From Paraphysomonas bandaiensis (taxonomy: Eukaryota; Protista; Chrysophyceae): 64,000 nt of DNA. A model generated the notes under the pieces. It was given only the letters and a program-made list of their open reading frames with translations. It was not told where the DNA came from and ran no database searches. Shown here piece by piece: positions 13,808-26,289 of this stretch. Made by a program: the position numbers and the translations under genes. The stretch lies in assembly GCA_965644295.1 (NCBI GenBank), contig CBFFRP010000323.1, positions 34,778 to 98,777 of the forward strand, given 5' to 3'. Within the stretch, counting starts at the first letter, position 1. Each line of letters starts with the position of its first letter.

Positions 13808-14240
13808 TTTACTCATATGAGTTACTAAATACTTTGTCTGGATCACAATATTCATATTATCTCCTGATTTGTCGTCTTATACTCTTTTTGTTTCCAATCA
13901 GCCATATGATATATAAGACGGAGTTGTGTTATATAGGCATTAGGTATGTTGTCTGTTGTGTGATAATAATTTATAGCTGTGTATGTCCTTCCTATAGAGA
14001 CAAATATAAGTTATCATTGCATACGCTAGGTATGTAGCAATTCAGGTGAACATATTTCTTAGCAGCGCACGAAACATTAGGCTTCAAAATATGTACTATT
14101 AGAGCAATGTAACTTAAAATTAGTACCTCTGCATTGATAATCTGATGGCTTAACGACGACAGCAACATCCTAACGTCACACTGATACTTTTATATACTCT
14201 ACGCTTACGACATACACCGCTACTACATCTACTAGCAACT

Positions 14241-14700
14241 TACCCTCGACAAAGTCGACTCCCACCGTTTCGTGGTGCTCTGGGGGATAAGTACCGGAGA
14301 TATTTCTCCGGGAAGCTAACACGCATATATCATATATAGTCGGCAGGTATTGCTCTGCCCACTCATAGTCAAATGATTGTGTGGTACAAGGGACACTAAA
14401 AAGTGTCACTTGTGTAGAAGTCTTTGGGACTTCACGAACAAACAGGCATCCGGGAATGGGCCCACCTCAAGAGCATCCGGGGTATAGGGTATAGGGGTGC
14501 CTACTGGCCTACTGAAGTCAAGCATCTGGACTACTTCACCTTAATGACAGAGAGGGGAAGTGGTTGCACCTTGGTGCTTGCGGTGACGCACAAGTAGCTT
14601 TCGTAGCGCAAAATAGTAGGATATCAGAGATTAGCTCTAGTCAAATTGTTTCGCTACACTAGTTCTGACACTTACACGCCTATTGCTAATAAACATTCAC
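14241..14700 (+). repeat. Dispersed repeat family B, long copy
   Basis: Matches 42985-43450, 44115-44640 (rc), 51805-52210, 62505-62685, 7551-7686 (rc); a fragment of its left end recurs inverted at 15170-15265. Confidence 0.8.
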
Positions 14701-16395
14701 CACTACTAGCAACTTACACAACACACACATAATACATTCACTGATTCACTGCTATTGGCTAATATTTTCATATTCCATAGTACTTCATATTTCATTCGGT
14801 TGTACAACTATACATACTACATACTACATACTATATACACGTATCTACTGTGTTAACTATTACTACATACGTTTGTTATGTATAAATGAAACGGAAAACA
14901 TACGACATTGAACTGTCGTACTTCAACTGCAAAAAAACACGTTATACTTTAAAATTTATAATTTATAATTTATAATTTATAGGAGTTATAGTGAATTTGT
15001 TTTCTGAGTGCGATATATATGAAGATAAAACAGGAAATTTTATTATTTTGTGTGTGTTGTTGTTCTAGCATCATTAGTTTTCAATGTAGTGAGCAGAACA
15101 TTCGCCCCTAAACAATATTTAGTTTCCTAGCACTGCGTAATTACAGAGAATCTATGGATATAAAGGTGGGAAATATCTCCGGTACTAATCACCCAAAGAA
15201 CCACAAAAAGGTGCGAGAAATATTTCAGGTACTTATCCCTCAGACCACCACGACATTGTTGAGGGAATATCAATCCTAACACTTCACAAACTATATACCT
15301 TGTATATATAATATACATATCGACATCAGTAACTGAGTTCACTATATGGTATATGGGTGTATTTTGAGATGGTATGGTGGTGTTTTTAGTGAGATGGTAT
15401 AGTGGTGTATAGTGAGATGGTTATAGTCCATACTTGTGAACTGTATATGTAATATATATGTGTAGTCGGTGACTCTTATAGCTGTAAAACTGAAGTAATA
15501 TGGAAGATTATTAGTAAAAAATATTATAAATAATACATTTCACACTGTTATTATCTTCATAGTTAGTTATTGTGAATAGTTATACCCTTTTCCAACCATC
15601 ATCAAAAATTTCACCAGGTTTTACATCAAAAACCAGGTTTTGGTATTATTACCTCGACTTTATGGTTGCGACTGAGCTCAACTTTTCCTACTATGAGTTG
15701 ACTTCAATTATTGCACACTATTAACTCTCTTAAATTGCATAACATTGTCTCTTCATATTGAACTACAACCAACTCCTACGTGCGTACTTGAAGTTTGGTA
15801 AAGCCAATCGCTAGTAGTTATCCTGTATTCTATGTAGCAATTAAATACAGAATATACATGACTACACTATAGGAGTAGCTATTACAAGTATACAAAGAAA
15901 CTGAAAATATAGTAGCGGTTAAAGATACGATTTGTAGATTTGTAGAACAGAATGTTGATGTCGGTGAATGACGTGGTTCCTAACTCACAGTGCTACAACA
16001 TCAAAATTTCACTATATCTCCTATAATATCAATCAGTCAATGTTGCACTAACTATAAGCTTAAGTTAATACTTCAAGATTGTGTGTTCTCGTCTAGAAAT
16101 GTTTACCACAGTCCCTAAGTACGAAGTACATATCACGGAACTGATCAAATGAGAATTTAAGCACTAAAATAAAGTCAATACAATGTCTACGTATTATTAC
16201 GACGCTATAAACCAGATGGCACCGTTCTTCAAATATATTCATATTAGCAATCTCTAGCGGCATTGAGGCCAAATGCAAAAAACTATAAAACATTGAATAT
16301 TCACACTTAAACCAGTAGCAAAAATGTGTCTCTAAGACCCAGAAGTTATCGCATATCTAGAATTATGTACGAGCCCCGCCGTTTCAGTTACTACC

Positions 16396-18991
16396 TTACT
16401 CCAGGGTTTTATACAAGTCCAAAATGGCTTTAAACTTTTCTATTCCAGCTGGGGACAACTGTCCCCTCGTACCCTCTGCCTTGAGTGCAGCTAATTTATC
16501 CCTGAGTTTGCCCATAGTAACCCCACGAGCATCATCAAATGCCTTGCGTTTACTTTTCTTTTTCGCTGTGAGCTTGTTCTCAAGTTTAGTTCGCTCGGCA
16601 GCATGCTCAATATTTAGCTTTTCAATTTCCTCAGGCGTTCTATTCTCACCAACAGCTTGAGCCATAGACTTTGAGTGCTCATGAGCTTGATCATCTAGTT
16701 CCCGTAAGATGTCTGAAGACATCCTGTTCTCCATTAAATTGTATTCTTTTTCCATATAATCCTCCATCTTTTGCGTTATTAAAAACGAAAAGAAAATAAA
16801 CTCGAAGTCAAACTTAGTTTTGTTCATAAAGGTCTCATCTTGTTGGGTGCTTTTATAAGCCCGCTGTAGTGCAAGGCGCCGCGCGAGCTTAGCCTTTGTT
16901 GACTTCTTTACTGCTTCTGATATTTTCAATATAGCATTCGCGCCGTTTTCGGCTGGAACAGAGTTCGATGGGCCGGTCTGTACTGGGCCTCGCGAATGGA
17001 GTCGTTCGAGTGGGGCAACAGTCATTCGAGGGGACAAACTACGTCGCCTGCATGGTTTCTGGTGTGGCTCAGCATCGCAGTCATCAATAGTGCTAGTGGC
17101 ATGAGAAACCGTTCTACTGGGAGCTCTTGACGCAGCTCTCGACTCCATAGAAGCTTGCATTGCGAGCGCTCCAGGAGTGCCCCCATCCGCACATCCGATG
17201 CCAAGCCCCTCAGAAACAGACTGTCGACGTGAAGGGGTGTCGTGCGCACAGAATGAACGTGACCTGCTTCTACTACGTCTAATCTCTTGAGTCTCTGACT
17301 CCGTCACTGAAGGGGCTTTCTCAGAGGCAGATTCCATTCGTTTAGGTACATTACGATGGCCAATGTTATTCACCGAACTAACAATTTTGGCTGCACTTGA
17401 ACAGTCCGTTTGAAACCTTTCGTTAAGATTTGCCCAAGATTCTGCCTCCAGATTCTCCAAGCTCTCTGCCAGGTTAAATATCTCCACTTCAAAACTGGAC
17501 TGTAAACTTTTCTTGAGGGCATGCAGCTTTTCCTTGGCGGCATCAAGATTACGGTGAATCATATCGCACAACAACTTTTCCCCTGAAAAAGAGTTTCAGA
17601 ACAAGTAGGAATACATGTCATTAGACTAGTCATGGCTACCTTTAGAAAATAGTGAGTCCAGAACAGAGCTAGTGATAGCGTGAGCCGCCTAAAGAGTGGA
17701 TACGATACAAGAGTTACCACAAGACACAAAAAACCAGTGTGCTATTTCATTTACCTGGTGGCACAACCCTTTAAGCCGTTCTATATCCGCCACCAGCTTC
17801 TCGCCTTCAGACGATGTAATTCCTTCAGCAATCAGACGTTGATAAGCAACGCTCTGTCGCTTGGAGTACACATAGAAGTCAGATCGGGCGGCATTAGTGG
17901 CCTATGGATGCAGGACAGGAATAAACACAAAGTTAAATACCGAAGGATTACAAATTCATTACATTAAGTGCCAATAAAATATAAATTGTTATTTCTCACG
18001 TAAGTGTTCTGTTTATGCACACAATTAATGACTCACTATACCTGTAATCTGCTGGCACTGTCCACTACACTTTCAACGCGATGCCACCACTCCCTTACGT
18101 TGCGGCGCGCATCTTCAAATCTGTCGCCTATACCAGCATTAACATAAAAGATGACTTACCAACTACTAGCCACTACAAGTACCGCAACATCGCTCGTGGT
18201 GCAATATTACATATACACTGGTCGAATCATACCTGGAAGGAGCTCTTTCGCCCTAGACAGCCAAGTTCCTCTTTTTAGGCCTGTAGCGTTATCATCTAGT
18301 GGCAAACCTACGACACTTTTTGGAAGGCAGCCAGCAAGTAAAGTCTCCGCATTTTTATTCTCCGGAGTTCGGACCTGGAAAAATTTCATAATTCGACAAG
18401 GGATACATATACAGAGACCATCAGATACCTAGGTATAAAAAGGATAACGCTATGCAGATAGTGTATTACAAAACGAAAAAATGTACCTGAAATCTGACTT
18501 GTATAAAGATATAATCTTTATCCATATTGTCAGGTTTGCCGAATATCTCGACATACTTCGAATACAACCCTATCGAGGCATCAGACATACATCGACAAGA
18601 ACAAAGAGCATACCAGACTTAGCACATTTCTCAAGAACAACCCGTTTAGTTTCTTCATCTAGCTGGGCAACAAACCTGAGGTTCTTATCGTCATCCTCTG
18701 GTCTGGCTATCTCTCCATGTCGCCATGAGTAGCCATTGACCACAACGAACTCCTCCGGCTTCATGAGAAGACTCGAGTCACCATCCGTCTTGATCACTTT
18801 GTGAACCTGAAACACATCACTGTGAAGTGACACACCTCTCAGTCTGTCTGCTCTCTTACCGCCTCAAAGTTATCTGTGCTGTCCTTACTCACAGATATGA
18901 TCAGCCAGGAGTTCTCATCATCGGGCTGCTTAAGGAATCCAGAATCCCTCCCGAATTCACTGTCTAACGCAGTACTCCCTCCTGCCCCCAT
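16396..18991 (-). CDS. Multi-exon coiled-coil protein with N-terminal myristoylation-like motif
   Basis: Starts MGAGGSTALDSEF at 18991; several GT-AG exons join in frame into ORF 16396-17574 (coiled coils, Ser/Arg-rich linker). Confidence 0.7.
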
Positions 18992-19539
18992 CGCTTTACA
19001 CTATGTCACCCCTCCTTCGGTTCTGACCGTACATGTCTAGCGGATACTTCCATCAATTCCTCAGACTAATTTTGATGTCTGCCTCCCGCCTCTCGCCTCT
19101 CGTTATGCCTGTAGGGCACTGCTGTACTGTACTGCACTCCTCCCTCTATGTACATCTACATACAGATACATGCACTGTAGATACACACACATGTATTTGC
19201 ACATCTGTAGGGCCTGTATACGATTATATACGGTAGGATATATAGCTGGCAGTTTTACAGACCTTTGTACTGCTATATTCGTACTATTCGGCGTGTAGAG
19301 CAGTACAGGTCAGAAGGAACCGCAATGCAGGAATTTATACGTTTCTGAGTACACGTCGTATATACATGTGTATGTATTGCCCCGTATGACTGACTATACT
19401 TTGGTACACTCTGTATGCCGTACAGGAGCACGGAGACTGTGTACTATCTATACGGTACACAGCACTGCTATAAGCAGGCAGAGATAGCGTACATATACAC
19501 ACCACTTTACTGCCATTGTCGTCATATTTATCTCTTGCG

Positions 19540-22500
19540 ATGAGTGGCGTTAAACTATCAGCGAAGTGGCAGTTAGATGCTGCTCTACTGTCCCGTCCAG
19601 TCGATCTCACTTCACTCGTCAGTCTATCTCGATCTCATCCTCAAAAGTTTACTGAAGACGACACGATCCATCGGCTCGTTTCTAATCTACTAAACGAGGA
19701 GAATCTCTCCAAATCTGATAAGGTGAGTGGCTGGTAATGTGATGGCTTCGTTTATTATTCTCTGCTCGTCAGGATACTAAGCTGGATGTGTTAAACATAT
19801 TGGCTAACGTCGCTGGAGGTGATAAAGAAGCCAGAGCAGAGGTTAGGGTGGCTCTAGGGGGGATAAGTGAATGGTTCGATGAGTACATTGCTACTGAAGA
19901 GGCGGATCCTACCATTGTAAGCTACTCTGAGGTACCGCTTGTTAGATACTGACGTAGAATATTACATAGGAGCCTGAGCTGCATAAGGCAATGGTTTTGT
20001 TGCTGGCGCGATGTTGGGACTACAAACTAAAGACAGAGGATGTGTTGGAACTTACCCAGGGCAATCGTAGAATTGCTCTTTGCACTGTGGTTGGGTTGCT
20101 GGAGGATGGAGAGACATATTCCACTGTACTGAAGCAGCGCCAGAGACCTACTGAAGGGCAGATGGCTCAGTGGGAGCACGAACTCATCATTCAGCGGTAT
20201 GCTCCACTTGTATCATACTACTGTATATGTACTTCATATATATGCGCGTATTCATTGTCGGCATGTTCCCTGTATGAACCAGTAGTGTCGAAGCATTATA
20301 TTGACACTGTAGTTCTGCTGTTGTGTAGATTCGAGAAACCCCTTCTGCTCCAGATTTGTAGGCTCCTACGAGGATTTACTCATCCAGGTTGTTATTTTAT
20401 GCTGTGTTGTGTGTCGAGCCATGTCACGTGTGCTGGTTGTCAGGCACATACTTCGAGGCGTCTACAGAAGAGCTTGCTCTCTACAGGTGATAGCATATGA
20501 TGTTCTGTTATCTTATAGTTGTTAACGGAACATGACCTGGTAGTGTGGAGAGATTCTCTGACGAGATCAATACTCTTCTTGAGATTACCCTGCGATCTCG
20601 GCTGGTCGAAAAACTTTGCGTCGCTATGTACTCATGTATATTTGAGGACCATGCAGAAGATGATGGGATTGAGGTTTGTACTGGATATATTTTTCATGAA
20701 CGACCATGTCCATCAGATATATAGATAGCTGTGTTACTGTATGTATTATTACATATGAAACTTTAAAATAGGATGTAAATATGAAACTTTACATATTACA
20801 TAGGATGTGGAGCAGCGAATCTTGGAAGATACAGATCACGTTGCGGTGATGTCAGTGCACGCCTTCCTTCAGGTATGAAGTACCCTCCGCGTTGAGATTT
20901 AGCCTAAATGTAACTCCAGAACCTCTACTTTTACGCATCACACAATCACGACGAATTTAGAAGGCATATGCTTGTAGATACACTCCTCATCCCGAGACTC
21001 ATTCTGCCATACCTAAACTGCTGCACACAACAGGTTCTCTATCATTGGAATGTAATGCTTTGTAAGGCGTCATAATGTATGTGACAGGCAATAATGCTTA
21101 ACAGCCGGGCGGAAGTCTCATCCAATGCTCTGGACCATCATCCCAATCTCGTCAAGGGTATCGCAGCTTCTTTGCGAACACTTATCATAGCTTCGTTCAG
21201 AGCTCCACCAACACAATATGTGATGTCTCTGTTGCGGCGTCTGAATCCCACAGCCTCTATGCTGAAAGCCTCCTCATTTTGTCTCCATCACTACCAGGTG
21301 TACTCCTTGCTATGTCTGCTAAACGTGAACATGGGAGCACTGGACCTCTCAAGACAGTTCGTGAACGATAACTCCGTAGTAGACGCGTATCGGGCCCATT
21401 CTTTGTTACATGAAATGGCCACGTTATACTCAAAGATGGACAAAAATGCTCAGGCGCAGGTATGTATGTTTTGTATGCTCTCTCGAGTTTGTATTGTCGT
21501 CTGTTGGTGCGTTTCTAAGACGTGTGCAGGTGTATAAGAGAGTAATGGCGCCAGGCTCGCTACCTATCTGTCGAGACACGCCCTCGTATGTGGCAGTCAT
21601 GTCCGTGCTACATGGTGGAGCCGCTGGTGCTGATGTTGTCTAGATCTTGTATTCTGTGCTCTGAGAGGCTGTATGTATAGGTCAACTTGATTACTGTCAG
21701 TCTGCAAGAGACGGGTCTAAAGAGGGTGACGACGAGGAGGAGGTGTGTTACCACAGCACCTGCTCTTACTTGGAAGCTAAATTAGTATTTGTAGGTGTGG
21801 GATAGCAGAGCTGAGGCCAAAAGGGTATGCTGCATTATTGTTTGTTCAATTGCATTAATGCCGTGCGTATCGGAGATGCTTATTTTTGTTGATTTGAGTG
21901 GCCCTTGTAAACGTGTTGTATATGTACCTGTATTGCAGGCACATGCAGAGCGTATGGAAATGGCCAGGCAGGCTGCAGAGGCGGAAGCCGATGCGAAAGG
22001 TACTACGAGGCACAGTGGCAATTCAAAAGGTGCGTATACACAGTCCTCTGTTGTATGGTCTAGTTAATGGCTTATTGATATGCTGGGCTATGTGTTGTAA
22101 TTTCTCATTATGAATGTGACGTACAGGCAAGAGTGGTAGTGCATTTGAAGTTGCCCTCGCCACTGCCCAGGACATTGAGGACAGACGGCTGGAAGCAAAG
22201 GAGGCAAAGGCATCAGGTGCACTCTTGACAATGTGTGTTTGTGTTCCTGATATATATCACTTATATAGGGCTGGACCCCAAAGACCCGAAGGGTGCCAAT
22301 ATTGCCGAGAGCAAGAGCGATCAACAGCAGATCAGGGGGGATGGTTATCGGCTGCTGGGAGACTTGCCGTCTCTGGCTGGAGGAAAAAGCTCCAGAGACG
22401 TACAGGTGTGTTGCAGTGAAGGCATCGTGTTCGCTCATATATACAGCTATAAAAAAAGGCTCGTTATGGTGTACATTATGTGTTAGGTTGCCCTTGCCCT

Positions 22501-23263
22501 GGAACTTCCTGGTGAAAGTACAAAGCCTGTGCCCAAGATGGTCATTGGGGGACGTGAGGTGAACGATGAAACTGTGAAGAGGGACTCAAACATTCCTGAA
22601 GAATTTTTATGCGGTGAGTGTTGTTTGCTCGGGTAGTACAATTTTGACATGATTTATTCTATGCAGCCATAAATGGTCACGTTATGAAAGATCCCGTTAA
22701 GTCGAAACGAACAGGTGTTTTTACGTATAAGTAAAAGTGCCTAGCTTCTGTGCTATTTGTGAATGACGTAGTGGTGTGTTCTGTCATATTGATTTTACTG
22801 TGTGGCACATTCGTAGGAACTGTCTACGAGAGAGCGACGATTGAGATATGGCTCAAGACTCGTGGTTCTGTTTGCCCTATTACTCATGAGGTATGCTATC
22901 TCATCGTTAGACAGCCTATACAGCACTGTATACAATTTCGTGTCCATGCATGTAGCACCGATATGTGAAATATTTATTGATGCTTGCCACCAGACACTCA
23001 CTCCGGATGATCTTGAACCTGATACCGAACTCAGAAAAAGGTACACTTACTGTGAATACGCTCGTTTCTTTGTTTCTGTGATGTATGATCATCGCAGTAC
23101 AATGGCAAAGGAAATATATAGCCATTCTGTTTCGTAACATGCATTGATTTTCTGTGACTGCATTTTGTTCAGGATAATGCGCTACCACATCCAGAGCAAA
23201 GCACGCCCACCGATATCAGCTTCAAATCCATCTGCGGACGACGACGATTTATACAACTTCTAA
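19540..23263 (+). CDS. Helical-repeat protein with C-terminal U-box (putative E3 ubiquitin ligase), many exons
   Basis: Spliced C-terminus IPEEFLC-AINGHVMKDPV..G-TVYERATIEIWL..GSVCPITHE-TLTPDDLEPDTELRKRI is a U-box; ends DDDDLYNF*. Confidence 0.85.
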
Positions 23264-23746
23264 TCCAAAATTCTAGTTCCAACTAGAAGTTAGTGTGTGG
23301 ATATACTGATGTTGGCATTTTGTTCCAAAACGGAATATTGTATTGTGCGGAGAAATGGTGTTTTCCAGTCATCATAGTATGAGTTGTAATACGTAGATAT
23401 GATTGGCTGTAGTTTACGTGAACCAATATCGTACGTTGGACTAATTAAAACACAGTTTCTGAATGCCAACATGGATGTGCACCGGGTCATATGAGTTTCA
23501 AACAAAAAGAAAGGTCGTTTTGATAGTCGTGGTTGATAATTTGTTGGCGTATAGTGTATAGTAGCTTGTACAGCTACGACTTACAACAATATTACCTTCA
23601 GGGCTAGGGAAGAATGAGAGAACATGAGGACTAAGTTCGGCATAAAACCAACTATGTCTTTAGAATACTGTATCTACGTTACAAAGTCAATACTCTATAT
23701 AATAAGTGATAGAATTTATGAAAGATTTTGAGGTAGTGCTATATTG

Positions 23747-25124
23747 CAGGGCTTGAGAACAATATATTAAATTGCAATGTATTGTAAAATATATTGATTG
23801 TAGGGAAATATTATTCAACCTAGTCACACTATTTTTGGTGGAATAACCAATAACCTAATCAAAGTAATAAAAAACTCAACCTAGTCAATTTTGGTATTCA
23901 ACCTAGTCGTTCTTTTATCCATTGATTACACACTGGCTGTGACTGCTTAACATACCATCTCACACCACACAATATATAGTATATTACAAACATTCAAACA
24001 TAACAATAAACTCTTATATATACGTAACACAGGTGTACGTCCGTCTATGACTATCGAGCCTATCTATAGCATATAAGTATATAGCGATGGGTCCCCTGTG
24101 AGTGTTATGGGGAGGAGGGGTCCATGAAGCTGTCGATATATTCTATGGTCTGCAGGACATCTCCACTGAATGACTTCGATGGCTGCATTGACTTTCAGGA
24201 ACGCATAAATCCCCCTTGTTTTAGACCAATGAAGAAAAAAAGGAAGTTTTCAGGGCACAAAGTTGATATATTTGTAAAAACAGCATCATAATAGTGGACA
24301 GTTACTTCTATTAATATAATATACAATATATATATCACTGATAGAAGAGACGCCTGTTAAATGAATGCTTACAATAGTAGAGATAGTTGCAGCTGTTTTT
24401 GAAGTCCGACTTAACCTTGCTGTCAATGAACTCATCGGTAGTAAAGACAAAGAAACTAAGCAAAGATATGTGGCAAAACCTAACGAAGAAGGCAGTCGAT
24501 GTCTCACTGGACAAGTAGACCTGCTAATGGGGAAGTTAAAAGCAGATTTAAAATGCATCCTTGCTACCAGGAATGATTAATGTCACTCGATGGTCATCTA
24601 TTTTCAGTTTCTGCTCAAGTGGTCGCGTATAAAAGATCCTGTATCAAGAATCAAAGGTCACCGGATGTAGTTACTGATATGATTCCTACTGCTCGACAGA
24701 ATTTCGATATTGCCACCCTTGTAAACGATTTGACATTATCTCAGTGCTGTGCAAAAGTATGCATCCCTCTACACTTAGTATTATAATATTCTTTCTAAAA
24801 GCTAGTCGAAACATGTGGCCAGATGTATACTTTAACTAATTTTGAATGAATGTGGTGATAACAACATTAAAGATGGTTCAGAGAATGGGTAGGAGGAAAG
24901 TTGTTACTAGCTAAGCAGTAGGTAACATTTGTCTACTACCTTAATGACTATTACTAAATAAGGAATCTACGCAAGTGTTTAATTGCTAAATTGCTGAATA
25001 ACGATACTATTATATTGCAATATATTACAATAGTATGTTGGGTCGGTTTAAAAACTTCATTCTCACTATTTTTGGTGAGGCGCTATCTAACAATAGTATT
25101 GCAATATATTGTTCCCTAACCCTG
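23747..25124 (+). mobile_element. Internally deleted hAT-like DNA transposon
   Basis: TIRs CAGGGCTTGAGAACAATATATT / AATATATTGTTCCCTAACCCTG; 8-bp flanks CTATATTG vs CTTTATTA (6/8); internal remnant RLNLAVNEL..ILATR resembles hAT HxLNLAV/TRW; related right end near 8140-8179. Confidence 0.55.
23803..24125 (+). mobile_element. Partial (left-end) copy of the GGG-TIR element nested in the hAT derivative
   Basis: GGGAAATATTATTCAACCTAGTCA plus CCTAGTC subterminal repeats, colinear with 54506-54840. Confidence 0.7.
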
Positions 25125-25949
25125 CTTTATTAGTTTTTATCTTTTCGATAAGCTAAATTAAGAGTGTTTTGTCATGATTCATTCTAAATCCTAATTCAGT
25201 TACGCTCTTGAGCGGAGCATCAACTGACACCCGGCGCACATAAGCACATAACTTTCACACCATATCTCCTGTTGCCCATCAATACAGCTGCTGACACCTT
25301 ATACTGGCTCTTACATATCCAAACACATGAGTACACTTATATTCATTAGACTCGCATAACTAACATATGTAAGCAACGCTCTATCGATCATAGAGCACTT
25401 GCTCGTATATCATACGGCAGAGGAGAACTATTCATCAATGCGATAACAGACACAAATAGCATCACGCATACTGGAAGTGTATACCAGAGAATACACGCAT
25501 ACTCTGTTCCAATAAGCCATACCACTTCCAATGCCCGCTTTGTAGCGTCCAACGACTATGCTCAATGCTTTCACATCTGAAGGTGAACGTTTTGAGAGGT
25601 ATGAAGTGCTTCTGGACATCCAGGTGGATGTATCTGCAGTCCATCCATGGCAGTTGAAGAATGTGAGACCCACAAGCAGAAGTTGCACCGTATATGCTTC
25701 CATTGCACTGTTGCCTGACCCCGAGCTACAGATACATGCATGCCAAGATGCGAGGCCCTTCGCTCTTTCCCTGAGAGCGCGTACATGGAACACTCACTCG
25801 TAGATCGTCAGCAGTCTCAGGTAACTCTCACATCCGTCAACTGCTATGGATGGACTGCAGAGCCTAGTCACCATCAACTGCCAGCTGCCAGCCCAGTCGT
25901 TGCTTCGTAGTACTGACACAGTGAGATCCGCCGTATGATAGTACGTATT

Positions 25950-26082
25950 GGCATCCTTTGTATATTTTTGTTCCAAGATGCCTCTAATATTGAGACAACA
26001 ATTATATGTATTCCAGCCGTATTTATAGTTCAGTAATATAGAGTATATTTGATTCAATTTAGTTCCGAAAAATAAGATGCTG
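25950..26082 (+). promoter_or_regulatory. 133-bp conserved upstream element, copy 1
   Basis: Aligns without net indels to 33106-33238, 48406-48538 (rc) and 57551-57683 (rc); regulatory role is inference. Confidence 0.6.
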
Positions 26083-26289
26083 ACTGCGATACGTATGCAT
26101 GTTGTCGAAATACAATGTATTCTACTGTATTCGGCCCCTCCCTGTATGTGTACATACAGTAGCATGGAGTGCAGAGCGAGGATCTCCCAGTCGCCTCATA
26201 TGCGGACTGCTCTCAGCTCAGTCTCGCAGTCATATTAAGTGATTGTCTTCTGGTGCAGTGCACTCTGTGGATCTGTGCTATCAACCGCT

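Noticed and set aside
25340-25900. Possible minus-strand gene divergent from DPP
   Set aside because: Several overlapping ORFs with no consistent splice model or motif
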